28,682 nt of DNA from Candidatus Sumerlaeia bacterium (GCA_038208905.1 JBBQYG010000038.1:1-28682), one strand, 5' to 3'. Shown: positions 14,100-23,837, numbered from the stretch's first letter. A program made the numbers and translations. The notes: generated from the letters alone by a model not told the origin.

Positions 14100-16056
14100 C
14101 CTCGTATTGTTGGAGCATTCGCGCAACGAGCGCGGGCGCGGTGGCTTGCGCGCGAGCGAGCCACTCCGCGGCATCGGCGCCGCGGCCCCGCGCGCGGAGA
14201 AGAATCGCCTTCGCGAAGAGCACGTCGGCGCGGGTGACTCCGCCGGAGGAAAGCGCCTTCTCCACGCGAGGCTCCGCGTCGTCGAGGAAGCCCGCGCGAA
14301 TCTCCAGAATCGCCGCACCCGCCAGCGACGACAGGTGGCCGGGCGCCACTTCCAGCGCACGCAGGTAGGCTTGGTACGCGCCCGCGTGATCGTCCAGCGC
14401 CTCCAACGTCGCCCCCAGGTTGTTCCACGCGCGCGGCTCCGCGGGCTCCATCCCCGTGACATGCAGAAAAGACAAGCGGGCGTTGGCGAAATCATCCGCC
14501 GCGAAGAGCGCATTGCCCAACTGGAAGTGGATGTCCGCATTGGCGGGATCCAGTTCCACCGCGCGGCGCGCGTCGGCGACGGCGTCGGCGGGGCGACCGA
14601 TCTCGAAGTTGGCGATCGAGCGGAAGAAGTAGTCGCGCGAGTAGTCGTCGGGCGGCACGCGCCACCAGTTTGCGAGCGACAGGGCGGCCATGCCGAGGGC
14701 GGCGGAACACAGGGCCAGGCGCTCCCTGGCTGGATGCCTGCCGAAGTCCCATGCCCATGCCACTCCCCCGCCCGCCAAAATCGCCATCGTCGGCCAGATC
14801 GGGATGCGAAAGCGCGAGTTGACGAAGAAGAGGGCGATGCTGGCACTGTATAGAAGTATATGCGCAACGACAAAGGCGAGAATGCGCCGGTCGCCCCGCC
14901 TCCAGGCAAACCACGCGCCCGCCGGAGCCAGCGCAAGCAGTAGCCACCATCTCACCGGTAGGAGCCGCAGCAGGAGCGATTCCTCCCTGAGAATGAAGGA
15001 GAAGGAATTGTTGTTTGCGACCTCGTGATTCCACGCCATTAGCCACGACTTCTTCAACATCAGTCCGATCCAGCGAGGAGGATCGGCGGCGATTTCCCCG
15101 CGTGCCTTCGCGGACCAGAAATCGGAGATGACGCGCGGATCGTCGCTGGGGGCGGTCCCGCGCGCCGCTATCTCGCGGCGGTACTCCTGCTCCGCAAACA
15201 CCTGGATGGAATCGCGGTATTCGCCCGAGTAGGTCGCCGCGCGAGCCTGACGCGGGATCATGCCGTCGGCCTGGCGATTGTTGCCGACATAGAGATTTAT
15301 CCCGCCGGCCCCGGTGACAAATTGGTAGTATCCCGACTGCCTCGCGTTGGCGAATCCCCACAACGCCTGGGTGACGAACGCCGCCGCCAGCGCCAGCAAG
15401 GGCAGAAGCGATTCCCGCCGCCTGCAACTGAGCCAGTGCAATCCCGCCACCGCGGGAAACGCCGCAAAGAAGAGCACCATGTTGGGCCGCGCCTGGGCGG
15501 CGAAGCTGGCCAGCACGCCACACGCGATCCATCCCGCGATGCGGCGCCCGCCCGATTGCGCCACGGTGTGGGCGATCAGCCACAGCAGGGCCATGACGAG
15601 GAAGGCGAGGAAGGGCTCGATGAGCAAGTCGCCCTCGAAGTACAGCGGCGGCGACGCCAGCGCATACAGCAGGCCCGCCGCCAGCGCCGCGCGGGCCGAG
15701 CGGAACATGCGCCCCGCAACGCTTGCCACCAGCAGCGCGGTTGCCACGCCGAGGGCGTGCTGGACCGCGATCGCCAGAACAATCCCCATGGCTGGGCCCG
15801 CGATCCAGTACCACGCGGCGAGGAAGAGCGGATACAGCATCGGGCGGAAGCCCGCGAAGTCGCGCAGGCTCCCCTCGCCAAGGAGTGCCCGCGCGAATCC
15901 GTCATAGTACTTCTGGTCCAGGAGCGGCAGCGCGAAGAGTGGCGATCCCGTGTGCTCCAGGAAATAGAGCGCGCGGAGCAGCATCGCCGCGAGTCCAACG
16001 ATCAGGTAGATTCGAGCCCAAGCGGGCGCGCGAGGCTGGGCTTGCGATTCCGCCAT
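14065..16056 (-). CDS. Polytopic membrane glycosyltransferase (GT-C, PMT/ArnT-like) with C-terminal TPR repeats
   Basis: Many hydrophobic segments plus 'LDQKYYD', 'RPMLYPLFLA', 'ARPN', 'GGINLYVGNN' and 'FFVNSRFRIP'. TPRs: 'ARRAVELDP.NADIHFQLGNAL' and 'AWNNLGATL...A...Y.RALEVAP'. Likely start MAESQ at 16056; the 3' end overlaps the ATPase by 35 bp. Confidence 0.78.
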   Translation of the reverse strand: MAESQAQPRAPAWARIYLIVGLAAMLLRALYFLEHTGSPLFALPLLDQKYYDGFARALLGEGSLRDFAGFRPMLYPLFLAAWYWIAGPAMGIVLAIAVQHALGVATALLVASVAGRMFRSARAALAAGLLYALASPPLYFEGDLLIEPFLAFLVMALLWLIAHTVAQSGGRRIAGWIACGVLASFAAQARPNMVLFFAAFPAVAGLHWLSCRRRESLLPLLALAAAFVTQALWGFANARQSGYYQFVTGAGGINLYVGNNRQADGMIPRQARAATYSGEYRDSIQVFAEQEYRREIAARGTAPSDDPRVISDFWSAKARGEIAADPPRWIGLMLKKSWLMAWNHEVANNNSFSFILREESLLLRLLPVRWWLLLALAPAGAWFAWRRGDRRILAFVVAHILLYSASIALFFVNSRFRIPIWPTMAILAGGGVAWAWDFGRHPARERLALCSAALGMAALSLANWWRVPPDDYSRDYFFRSIANFEIGRPADAVADARRAVELDPANADIHFQLGNALFAADDFANARLSFLHVTGMEPAEPRAWNNLGATLEALDDHAGAYQAYLRALEVAPGHLSSLAGAAILEIRAGFLDDAEPRVEKALSSGGVTRADVLFAKAILLRARGRGADAAEWLARAQATAPALVARMLQQYEVKLPPRQLRPE

Positions 16057-16081
16057 CGGGGCGCCGCCGCGGAATGGGATA

Positions 16082-16846
16082 TCAGCCGAAGAGGTAGCGA
16101 GTGAGCAGGTAGTTGGCGACGAGAACGCCGCTGAGGGAAACAACGACGGCGCTGGTGGTGGCGCGGCCCACGCCCTCGGCGCCGCCGGAGGTGTTCACGC
16201 CCTTGTAGCAGCAGACGGAACTGTAGATCGCGCCAAAGACAACGCCCTTGAAGAGGCCCTTGGCGATTTCTCCCACGGTGATGTAGCGGAAGGTCTCTGC
16301 CCAGAAGGTGACCCAACTGACGCCGAAATAGCTCGTGGCGATCAGGCAACCGCCAAAGAGTCCCGTGACGGTGGAATAAGCCGTGAGCGCCGGCGTCATG
16401 GTGACCGCCGCGACGATGCGCGGCATCAGGAGGTAGCGGTTCACACGGATGCCGAGCACGCGGAGGACGTTGACCTCGTCGTTGACCGCCATCGTGCCCA
16501 GCTCCGCCGTCATGGCGGCGCCGACGCGGGCGGCGATGATGAAGGCGGTGAAGACGGGACCCATCTCCTTGATCATCGACTCGGAGACGACACTGGCGAT
16601 CCACTGCTGCTGGCCAAACTGAGCGAGGACGATTCCCGTGCCGAGGGCCACGGTCATCCCGGTGAAGAGCCCGATCATCAGCGCGAGGGGAATGGTCTCC
16701 CACCCGACGCGGGCCATCTGCTGGAGGAGGCGCCGGCGCTCGTTGCCGCCAAGGTGGAATTCCCTCATCCCGCGCAGGAACGTGAGGATGATCCCGCCGC
16801 TTTGGACGTAGAAATCGGAGAACTGTTGCTCGACCCGCTGCCACAT
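16082..16846 (-). CDS. mlaE: MlaE-family ABC permease
   Basis: 'QQMARVGWETIP', 'KEMGPVFTA.IIAARVGAAMTAELGTMAVNDEV..L..LGI....YL.MPRI.A' and 'GGAEGVGRATTSAVV'. Confidence 0.93.
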   Translation of the reverse strand: MWQRVEQQFSDFYVQSGGIILTFLRGMREFHLGGNERRRLLQQMARVGWETIPLALMIGLFTGMTVALGTGIVLAQFGQQQWIASVVSESMIKEMGPVFTAFIIAARVGAAMTAELGTMAVNDEVNVLRVLGIRVNRYLLMPRIVAAVTMTPALTAYSTVTGLFGGCLIATSYFGVSWVTFWAETFRYITVGEIAKGLFKGVVFGAIYSSVCCYKGVNTSGGAEGVGRATTSAVVVSLSGVLVANYLLTRYLFG

Positions 16847-16939
16847 GGCTGGGGATTCCGGCCACTTGGCGGCGCGGTGGCAACCGGGAATGTCGTGCGG
16901 GCTGGGCTTGCGGGGGCGGAGGGCTTGGTCTATCCAAGG

Positions 16940-19231
16940 ATGGTATTGAATTCACGCCACGCGCGGAGGAGCCCCTTGCTACGATTTCAGGCGATTTGGT
17001 GTACAGCGATGGCACTTCCCGTTGGACTGGCCCTGGGCGGGCCGGGCGAGGTTTTTGACCTGCGCAACCGCCCGACCGGGTCGTCGTTCACTTACTACAC
17101 CGACATGGCTGGCGGCCAGCGCGGCGTGCCCGTGACCACGGGCGATTTCAATGGCGATGGATTCCTGGATATCGCGGCGTCCCCCTTCTCGGGCTCGACG
17201 CTGGGGAGGACGGCCAACGGCGTCCTGAGAATCACTTTCGGCGACGGCACCATCGGCGCAGAAGTCGATTGGAACACCTACACCGGGCCCCAGCTCACGG
17301 TCCACGGTGCGGAGACCCACAGCCTGTTTGGCGTGGAGGCCTACGTGGCGGATTTCGACATCGACGGCTTCGACGACATCCTGGTCGGCGCCTCCCACGG
17401 AAAGTTCATTGCCGACGCCCCCCGCGCGGGCGAGGCCGTGATCCTGTTTGGCGCGCCGGACTGGGGCGCCAGCGTCCGCACGCTCGACATCAAGTCCCTC
17501 CCATCCAGCCAGCGCGCCAAGTTCTTCATTGGCCAGCGCGAGAACGACCGCCTGGGGAGCTGGTTCCAGATCGACGATCTGGACGGCGACGGCGAGCTGG
17601 ACGCGATCATGGGCATGGACCTTTCCGATGGCCTGGCGAACAACCGGACCAACGCGGGCGCCGCGGTGATCGCATGGAGCGCGGGGTCTTCCTTCCCCGA
17701 CCGCCCGTATATACGCGTGGGCGACGCGGAGACGGCGCAAGCACTGACGGTGATCTATGGCCGCGACGCCGCGGACCTTTTTGGCGCGACCAGCTTCTCC
17801 GCCGACCTGGATGGCGATGGAAGGCGCGATGCAATCATCTCGGCAGGGGTGAATCGATCCGGGCTGGCCTATGGCGCCAATGGGTATCCGGGATCCGGCG
17901 GAGGAGACGGCCCCGAAGGCACGCGGTTCAACGCGGGCGAGGCGACGATCTTTTGGGATGCGGCGAAGCTGAAGGATTTCCGCGCACTCGATCTGGCAAG
18001 CCTTCCCGTAGAGATCGAGACAACGATCATCTATGGCGAAACACGGGACGACTACTTCGGCGAGGAACTCTTTGCGGGGGATTTTACTGGCGATGGCGTG
18101 GACGACCTGTTTGTCGGCGCGCTGTTGGCCAAGCGCCCCCCGCCGGTCTCCACCGTGGGCGCAGCCTATATGTTTCCCGGCGGGGCGGCGCTTCGCAACT
18201 CAGTCGCCATCGATGTGGCCTCGCCGCCCGCTGGCTTCGTCAGCGGGATCTACGGAACTGAATCGCTTGGCATCGCGGGCGATACCTTCGAACTCTTCGA
18301 CATCAACAAGGACGGCGCCCTAGACCTGTTCTATGCCGTGCCGCAGGGCAACCCATCCAGCAACCGGCTTCAGTCCGGCTATGCGATGGTGATCTACGGT
18401 GGGCAGGCCCTTCCGAAGATGCCCACGCGCGTCTTCGTCGATCCGGTGAACACAACGCCCGAACTCATGCGCGCCCTCGTCTATGGCGTCGATGGCAAGC
18501 CGGAGCAGCTCGACGGCGACCTCTTCGCCTATTCGTCCGCCTTTGGCGACATGAATGGCGATGGCGTTCTGGATTATGTGCCCAACGCGATGCTGGGCGA
18601 TGGAAAGAACAACGGCTTCGTCAATGCGGGCGAGAACTATGTGGCGGATGGACTGATGATCTCGCGCCATGCGGCGGCGCCGCTGAATCGAAGGGGCCTG
18701 GGAAACACCGGCGCCATGGGGCCCGTTGCCGCATGGAATGCCTCGCAGCCGATCTTTGGCGAGGTGACGGGTTACGAGGTCACTTTCCTGCCCCTCGGCG
18801 GGGCTGGAAACGTGCTGGTGACGGTTCCCGGAACGAGCGCGAACGTGGAGGACTTCCCGGGGAACGGGAACATCCTGAACGTGAGGGCCGTGATGCAGCG
18901 CGGCGCCGAGATCGAGCGTTCCATCGTGGTGCCGTTTTCTCCACCCGTGGAGATTCGCGGATTCCCCACGGCAACGCCAACGATGTCGCCGACGGCGAGT
19001 CCGACACCCTCGGGAACAGGAACACCCACCACAACGACATTGACGCTAACCGCAACGCCGACGCTGACACTGACGCCCACACCGTCCCCATCGGCGACGG
19101 CATCGCCCTCGGCAACGCTGGTGCCCGGCGACGTGGTTCCCGCGCTGCTTGGCGTGGATTCTGGCACGCTGGCGCTCGACAACAACGGCGACTTGATCCT
19201 GGACGCGGCGGATATACGGCGGAATGACTGA
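16940..19231 (+). CDS. Probably secreted FG-GAP / integrin-alpha-type beta-propeller repeat protein with a Pro/Thr/Ser linker and a C-terminal Ca-binding-like motif
   Basis: Repeated DxxxDG loops (GDFNGDG, ADFDIDG, DDLDGDG, ADLDGDG, GDFTGDG, FDINKDG, GDMNGDG), each followed by 'G.A.I..G'-type strands. Thr/Pro/Ser tract at about 18960-19120, then 'DNNGDLILDAADI'. The start is uncertain (16940 or 17009). Confidence 0.82.
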   Translation: MVLNSRHARRSPLLRFQAIWCTAMALPVGLALGGPGEVFDLRNRPTGSSFTYYTDMAGGQRGVPVTTGDFNGDGFLDIAASPFSGSTLGRTANGVLRITFGDGTIGAEVDWNTYTGPQLTVHGAETHSLFGVEAYVADFDIDGFDDILVGASHGKFIADAPRAGEAVILFGAPDWGASVRTLDIKSLPSSQRAKFFIGQRENDRLGSWFQIDDLDGDGELDAIMGMDLSDGLANNRTNAGAAVIAWSAGSSFPDRPYIRVGDAETAQALTVIYGRDAADLFGATSFSADLDGDGRRDAIISAGVNRSGLAYGANGYPGSGGGDGPEGTRFNAGEATIFWDAAKLKDFRALDLASLPVEIETTIIYGETRDDYFGEELFAGDFTGDGVDDLFVGALLAKRPPPVSTVGAAYMFPGGAALRNSVAIDVASPPAGFVSGIYGTESLGIAGDTFELFDINKDGALDLFYAVPQGNPSSNRLQSGYAMVIYGGQALPKMPTRVFVDPVNTTPELMRALVYGVDGKPEQLDGDLFAYSSAFGDMNGDGVLDYVPNAMLGDGKNNGFVNAGENYVADGLMISRHAAAPLNRRGLGNTGAMGPVAAWNASQPIFGEVTGYEVTFLPLGGAGNVLVTVPGTSANVEDFPGNGNILNVRAVMQRGAEIERSIVVPFSPPVEIRGFPTATPTMSPTASPTPSGTGTPTTTTLTLTATPTLTLTPTPSPSATASPSATLVPGDVVPALLGVDSGTLALDNNGDLILDAADIRRND

Positions 19232-22200
19232 CGCCCCGGACGAACCGGAGGAGAGCGCCGCAAGCCCGGCGCATCGCTATCCGATCCTGAGCCTGGAGCC
19301 GGGCGAGTCGCTGGCGGCTTTTCTGGATCGGCTGCTGGCAATACACAACTGGCCGGCGGAGTCGCGCGCCGGGGACAGGCCGCTGCTGGCAAGCCTTCTG
19401 GCGAGTGTGGGCGAGGAGCACGGCGCCGCGGAGTTCGGCGCCCACCTGGTCCGCTCGCTCAGCTTCTCCGCCGACCCGGCGATGGCGCTGCGCCATTTCG
19501 ACCGCTACCTGCGCGCGCTCGGCGACGGCATGGCCAGCGAGGTCAGCGGCCTTCCCCACAATCCCGAACAGCTTCACTTCCTAAGCTCGCTCTTCTCCTT
19601 CAGCCAGTACCTCAGTGAAATCGTGATCGCGCATCCCGAATATCTGGCGTGGATATTTCGCCACAGTCGGCTCAATCGCGAGAAGCCGGTGGAGCGGTAT
19701 CGCGAGCAGCTTGCAGAGGCGCTGGCGCCACACGCGGATTTCGAGGCGCGGCGCGCGGCGGCGACGCTCTTCAAGAAGCGCGAGCTGCTCCGCATCGGCA
19801 TCCGCGACATCCGGGAGCTGGGGATGACGGGGGAACTCTGCCGCGAGCTGTCGAGCCTTGCCCAGGCCGTGGTGGAGGTCGCGCTGGAGGAGTGTCGCGC
19901 GCGGCTACTGGCGATCCACGGGCTACCGATATCGGAAACCGGCGGGGGGGAATCGGGCTACTGTATCTACGCGATGGGGAAACTCGGCGCGGGGGAGTTG
20001 AACTTCAGCTCCGACGTGGATATAATCTTCGTCTACGACGAGGAGGGCGAAACGGAGGGAGTGCCGGTGGGGCTCGGCGGCCAGCGCGTCCGCCGCGTGA
20101 GCAACCACGAGTACTTCAACGCGCTCTCGCGCGATGTGAGTTCCTGGATCATGGACCGCAACGCGGAGGGCTTTCTGTTCCGCGTGGATGCGCGCCTGAG
20201 GCCGGAGGGCATCAACGGCCCGCTGGCGCGGTCGCGGCCCGCCTACTCGGCATATCTCAACACTCAGGCTGGAGTGTGGGAGAAGATCGCCTACCAGAAG
20301 GCGCGCTGCCTGGCCGGAGACGGGAAACTGGCGTCGGTCTTCGACAAGATCGTGGAGCAGTTTGTCTATACGCACAACGTGGCCGAGGAACTCTTTCCGG
20401 AGATCGCGCGCCTGAAGCGCCGCATCGACCACGAGTCGCTCGACGCCGAATCGCGCAAGCTGGACATCAAGCGCGGCACCGGCGGCATTCGCGAAATCGA
20501 GTTCCTCGTCTCGGCGGAGCAACTCCTTCACGGAGAGGACATGCCCGCGCTCCGCGTCCGGTCCACGCTGATGGGGCTATCCATGCTCGAAGCCGCGAAG
20601 ATCATGGACGCCGACACGGCGGAAAGGCTGGAGCGCGCGTACCACCTCTTCCGCCGCGTCGAGCACACGCTGCAGATGATGCACGAGGCCCAGACTCACC
20701 GGATGCCATCGGACCCGCGGGAGCGCGAGGCGCTGGCGCTGCGGTGCGGCTTCCTGAAGCCCGCGGATTTCGAGAAGACCATCGCGGGGCTGCGCGACTT
20801 CGTGAGGACGCGATTCGAGGAAAAGTTCCACGCAAGGGGCGAGGACGCGGGCCTCTCCCTGCTGGATCATCTCCTCTTCACGGAGGAGCCTCCCGACGAG
20901 GTGCTGGAGCAGTTGCGCCCGGCGGGACTCGGCACGCAGGAAGGCTATCGCGCGCTGAAGGCGCTGGCGACGGGGACGCGCGAATACGCGCCAAGCGCCA
21001 GCGCGCGGGCGGACTTCGCGAAGCTCCTTCCGATGCTCCTCGCCGAGCTCCCCGGCGTGGCGCTGCCGGAGTTGGCCGTGCGCCACTTCGACCAGATGAT
21101 GAAGGCGGCGCGCGGCAACAAGTTCGTGTACGAGATGTGCCTCACGCATCCGCCGATCCTGCGGCTTTTCCTGCGGACGCTGGGCTTTGGCTCCTTCCTC
21201 GCGCGCCAGTTGATCGCGCATCCCGAGTGGCTGGAGGAAATCTTTCGGGGGGGCGGCCTGACGGAGGGGCGGACCGACGAGGCGCTGGCATCTCTGGCGC
21301 CGCCCACTGGAAGCATCGGGAACGACCTGCGGCGCATCCGCCAATTCAAGCAGCTTGAGGGGTTCCTCCTGAGCACGCAGGAAGTCCTTGCCGTGGCGCC
21401 CGCCCCCGCCGCGGCGGCGCGGGCAACGCGCCTGGCGGAGGGAGTACTGCGCTTCGTGGCCGCGGTGGCGGAGCGCGAGGCGCTGGAAGGCATCGGCGCG
21501 TCGCGGCTCCCGGCGCGGTGGGCCATCATCGGCCTAGGCGGAATCGGCGACGGCCAGGTGCACATCGCGGGGGATCTGGACATCGCCTTTGTGGTGGAGG
21601 GCAACGACGTGTGGATGGGCGAGGCGATGACGCGCTGGGTGGATCGCGTGGGCCAAATTGCGATCGGGCACATGGCGGCGATCTCTCCCGATGGGCAGCT
21701 CTGGAAGGTGGACGCGCGCCTTCGTCCCGACGGCGCGGGGGCCCCCCTGGCCGCCACTGCCGACCGGTTTGTGGAGTACTACCGCCGGGAGGCGGGCCTG
21801 TGGGAGTGGCAGGTCCTGACGAAGGCGCGCGCCGTGGCGGGCGACCTCGGGTTCGGCGGAGAGGTGCTATCGCGTCTATACAAGGTCTTTGGCGAGATCG
21901 GCCCGCTGCCCGGGCTGGCGGGCGAGATCCAATCCATGCGGCGCCGTATCGAAGAGCACGTGCGCGTGCCGCGCAATGCGCTGTTTGACATGAAGTCGAG
22001 CCCCGGCGGAGTGGTGGATGTGGAGTTCCTGACGCAGTTTTTCCAGCTCGGGAACCACGCGGAGGCCGCGGTGCTCTTTCCCATGACGACGGAGCAGGCG
22101 CTGGCGGAGTTCATCCGCCGGGGCGATGTCCCGGCGGAGGACGGCGCCTGGCTGCTGGATCATCTGGGGCTGCTGCGTATTCTGCAACGCGCCCACCGCG

Positions 22201-22406
22201 TCCTGTGGGAGACGACGCAGGACCAGTATCCCGCGACGGCGGAGAAGCAGGAGGCCCTGGCGCGCGGCGTGGCGGACCAGTTGACGCTCCGCTTCGGAGA
22301 GACGGGCAAGAGCCAGTGGGACGGCGCCGCCGCGGGCCTTGAATCCCGATTCGAGAGGGCGCGGGCGATCTTCGACCGCGTGCTCGACGGCCTAGGCTGT
22401 GTTTGA
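19224..22406 (+). CDS. glnE: Bifunctional glutamine synthetase adenylyltransferase/deadenyltransferase
   Basis: Two nucleotidyltransferase halves. First: 'RIGIRD', 'MGKLGAGELNFSSDVD', 'FRVDARLRPEG', 'DIKRGTGGIREIEF', 'RRVEH.LQM'. Second: 'GDLD', 'VDARLRPDG', 'WEWQVLTKAR', 'DMKSSPGGVVDVEF'. Confidence 0.93.
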   Translation: MTDAPDEPEESAASPAHRYPILSLEPGESLAAFLDRLLAIHNWPAESRAGDRPLLASLLASVGEEHGAAEFGAHLVRSLSFSADPAMALRHFDRYLRALGDGMASEVSGLPHNPEQLHFLSSLFSFSQYLSEIVIAHPEYLAWIFRHSRLNREKPVERYREQLAEALAPHADFEARRAAATLFKKRELLRIGIRDIRELGMTGELCRELSSLAQAVVEVALEECRARLLAIHGLPISETGGGESGYCIYAMGKLGAGELNFSSDVDIIFVYDEEGETEGVPVGLGGQRVRRVSNHEYFNALSRDVSSWIMDRNAEGFLFRVDARLRPEGINGPLARSRPAYSAYLNTQAGVWEKIAYQKARCLAGDGKLASVFDKIVEQFVYTHNVAEELFPEIARLKRRIDHESLDAESRKLDIKRGTGGIREIEFLVSAEQLLHGEDMPALRVRSTLMGLSMLEAAKIMDADTAERLERAYHLFRRVEHTLQMMHEAQTHRMPSDPREREALALRCGFLKPADFEKTIAGLRDFVRTRFEEKFHARGEDAGLSLLDHLLFTEEPPDEVLEQLRPAGLGTQEGYRALKALATGTREYAPSASARADFAKLLPMLLAELPGVALPELAVRHFDQMMKAARGNKFVYEMCLTHPPILRLFLRTLGFGSFLARQLIAHPEWLEEIFRGGGLTEGRTDEALASLAPPTGSIGNDLRRIRQFKQLEGFLLSTQEVLAVAPAPAAAARATRLAEGVLRFVAAVAEREALEGIGASRLPARWAIIGLGGIGDGQVHIAGDLDIAFVVEGNDVWMGEAMTRWVDRVGQIAIGHMAAISPDGQLWKVDARLRPDGAGAPLAATADRFVEYYRREAGLWEWQVLTKARAVAGDLGFGGEVLSRLYKVFGEIGPLPGLAGEIQSMRRRIEEHVRVPRNALFDMKSSPGGVVDVEFLTQFFQLGNHAEAAVLFPMTTEQALAEFIRRGDVPAEDGAWLLDHLGLLRILQRAHRVLWETTQDQYPATAEKQEALARGVADQLTLRFGETGKSQWDGAAAGLESRFERARAIFDRVLDGLGCV

Positions 22407-22556
22407 CAATTGCATTCGGCTTTCCGATGGCTGCGAACCTTCGTCCTGACGCGTCGCGATTCCTCGACGATGAACCACATCGCCTCGTCATCGGCGCCAT
22501 CGTCATGACTCGTTCTCGCTCAACGGACCAGCTCGAAGCCATTTATCAAACACAGC

Positions 22557-23837
22557 CTAGTCAGTGAGTTCCCGCAACGCCTCGCGCAGCCCCGCCAGAG
22601 CCCGGGCGCGGTGGCTGATGCGATTCTTGACCTCGTCGCCAAGCTCCGCCAGGTGCGCGCCGTCGAATCCGTCGGGAACGAAAATCGGATCGTAGCCAAA
22701 GCCCGCCGCGCCTCGCGGGCCATGGGCGATGTGGCCCTCGCAGGTGCCGGAGGCGTGGAATTCACGCCCATCGGTTGATCGTAGGACAACGGTGCAGGCA
22801 AAGCGCGCCGTGCGCTTTTCGTCGGGCACGCCATCGAGCTCCGCCAACATGCGTGCGTTGCGCTCCGCCGCGGTGGGGGCATAGCGGCTGCTGTGGATTC
22901 CCGGTCGCCCGTCAAGCGCGTCCACCTCGAGGCCGCTGTCGTCGGCGAGAGTCCACGCCCCGGTGCGCTCGCCCCAGGCGCGTGCCTTGATCTGCGCGTT
23001 TGCAATATACGTGGAGCCATTTTCGTCCGGCTCCGGCGCGCCGGGAAACAGATCAGTCCCCTGTATATACAGCGGAAGGTCGCCGAGAATCGCCGATATC
23101 TCTCCAAGCTTGTGCGCGTTCCCTGTGGCGACGAAAAGCGGCGCTACCGGCCGCAGATCCGGCTCCAGCTCCGGATAGCTTCCCGGACCGCGCAGCACAA
23201 CCACCCGGCGACCGACCACCCTCAGCCGGTCGCGTGAAAACAAATCCACCGCGAGCGGCAGCGCGCGGTGCTCCTCGGCCAGAATCCGCGCCGAAAGATC
23301 AGCCTCCGTGTCGGTCGGATATGCGGGCACGGCGCGCTGGGCGATGATCGGGCCCTCGTCCATGCCCAGCGTCACGAAGTGCGCGGTGCAGCCCGCCACC
23401 TTCACGCCGTAGGCATGGGCCTGCGACTGTGCGTGAATGCCAGCGAACGCGGGGAGCAGCGACGGATGAATGTTGATCATTCGACCCGCGAAAGCGCCGA
23501 CAAGCACCGGTGTCAGCAAACGCATATACCCGGCGAGGATCAGGAAGTCGATGCGACGGGCCTCCAGCTCGCGGATGATCGCCGCCTCGTGGGCCTCGCG
23601 ATCCTTGCCATAGGATCGATGGTGCACGCATAGGCCGGGAATGCCCTCGCGCTGCGCGATCTCCAGCGCGCCTGCCCCCGGAAGGTTAGAGAGCACCAGC
23701 GCGAACTCCACGTTGGGCAACCGGCCCGCCTTCGACTCCGCGAGCAGCGCCAACAAGTTGGATCCACGCCCGCTGGCGAGCACCGCGGCGCGCAACGGCC
23801 TGGCCGGCGGATTCGGCGGCAGGATTAAACCGCTCAT
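22557..23837 (-). CDS. purN: Fusion: phosphoribosylglycinamide formyltransferase (PurN) + RdgB/HAM1 non-canonical purine NTP pyrophosphatase
   Basis: PurN: 'LASGRGSNL', 'LAGYMRLL', 'NIHPSLLP', 'GCTAHFV...MDEGPII'. RdgB: 'ATGNAHKLGEI', 'ANAQIKA', 'ADDSGL.VDALDGRPGIHS.RY', 'GFGYDPIF', 'KNRISHR'. One uninterrupted frame from ATG 23837. Confidence 0.93.
   Translation of the reverse strand: MSGLILPPNPPARPLRAAVLASGRGSNLLALLAESKAGRLPNVEFALVLSNLPGAGALEIAQREGIPGLCVHHRSYGKDREAHEAAIIRELEARRIDFLILAGYMRLLTPVLVGAFAGRMINIHPSLLPAFAGIHAQSQAHAYGVKVAGCTAHFVTLGMDEGPIIAQRAVPAYPTDTEADLSARILAEEHRALPLAVDLFSRDRLRVVGRRVVVLRGPGSYPELEPDLRPVAPLFVATGNAHKLGEISAILGDLPLYIQGTDLFPGAPEPDENGSTYIANAQIKARAWGERTGAWTLADDSGLEVDALDGRPGIHSSRYAPTAAERNARMLAELDGVPDEKRTARFACTVVLRSTDGREFHASGTCEGHIAHGPRGAAGFGYDPIFVPDGFDGAHLAELGDEVKNRISHRARALAGLREALRELTD

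Noticed and set aside
18960-19120. Apparent short tandem DNA repeats (ACG/CCG-rich)
   Set aside because: Explained by the Thr/Pro/Ser protein linker; no exact nucleotide periodicity.
22403-22567. TTGACA at the glnE stop followed by a 46-codon ORF (22427-22567, +)
   Set aside because: No convincing -10 or RBS, no recognisable motif, and it overlaps the convergent rdgB end.
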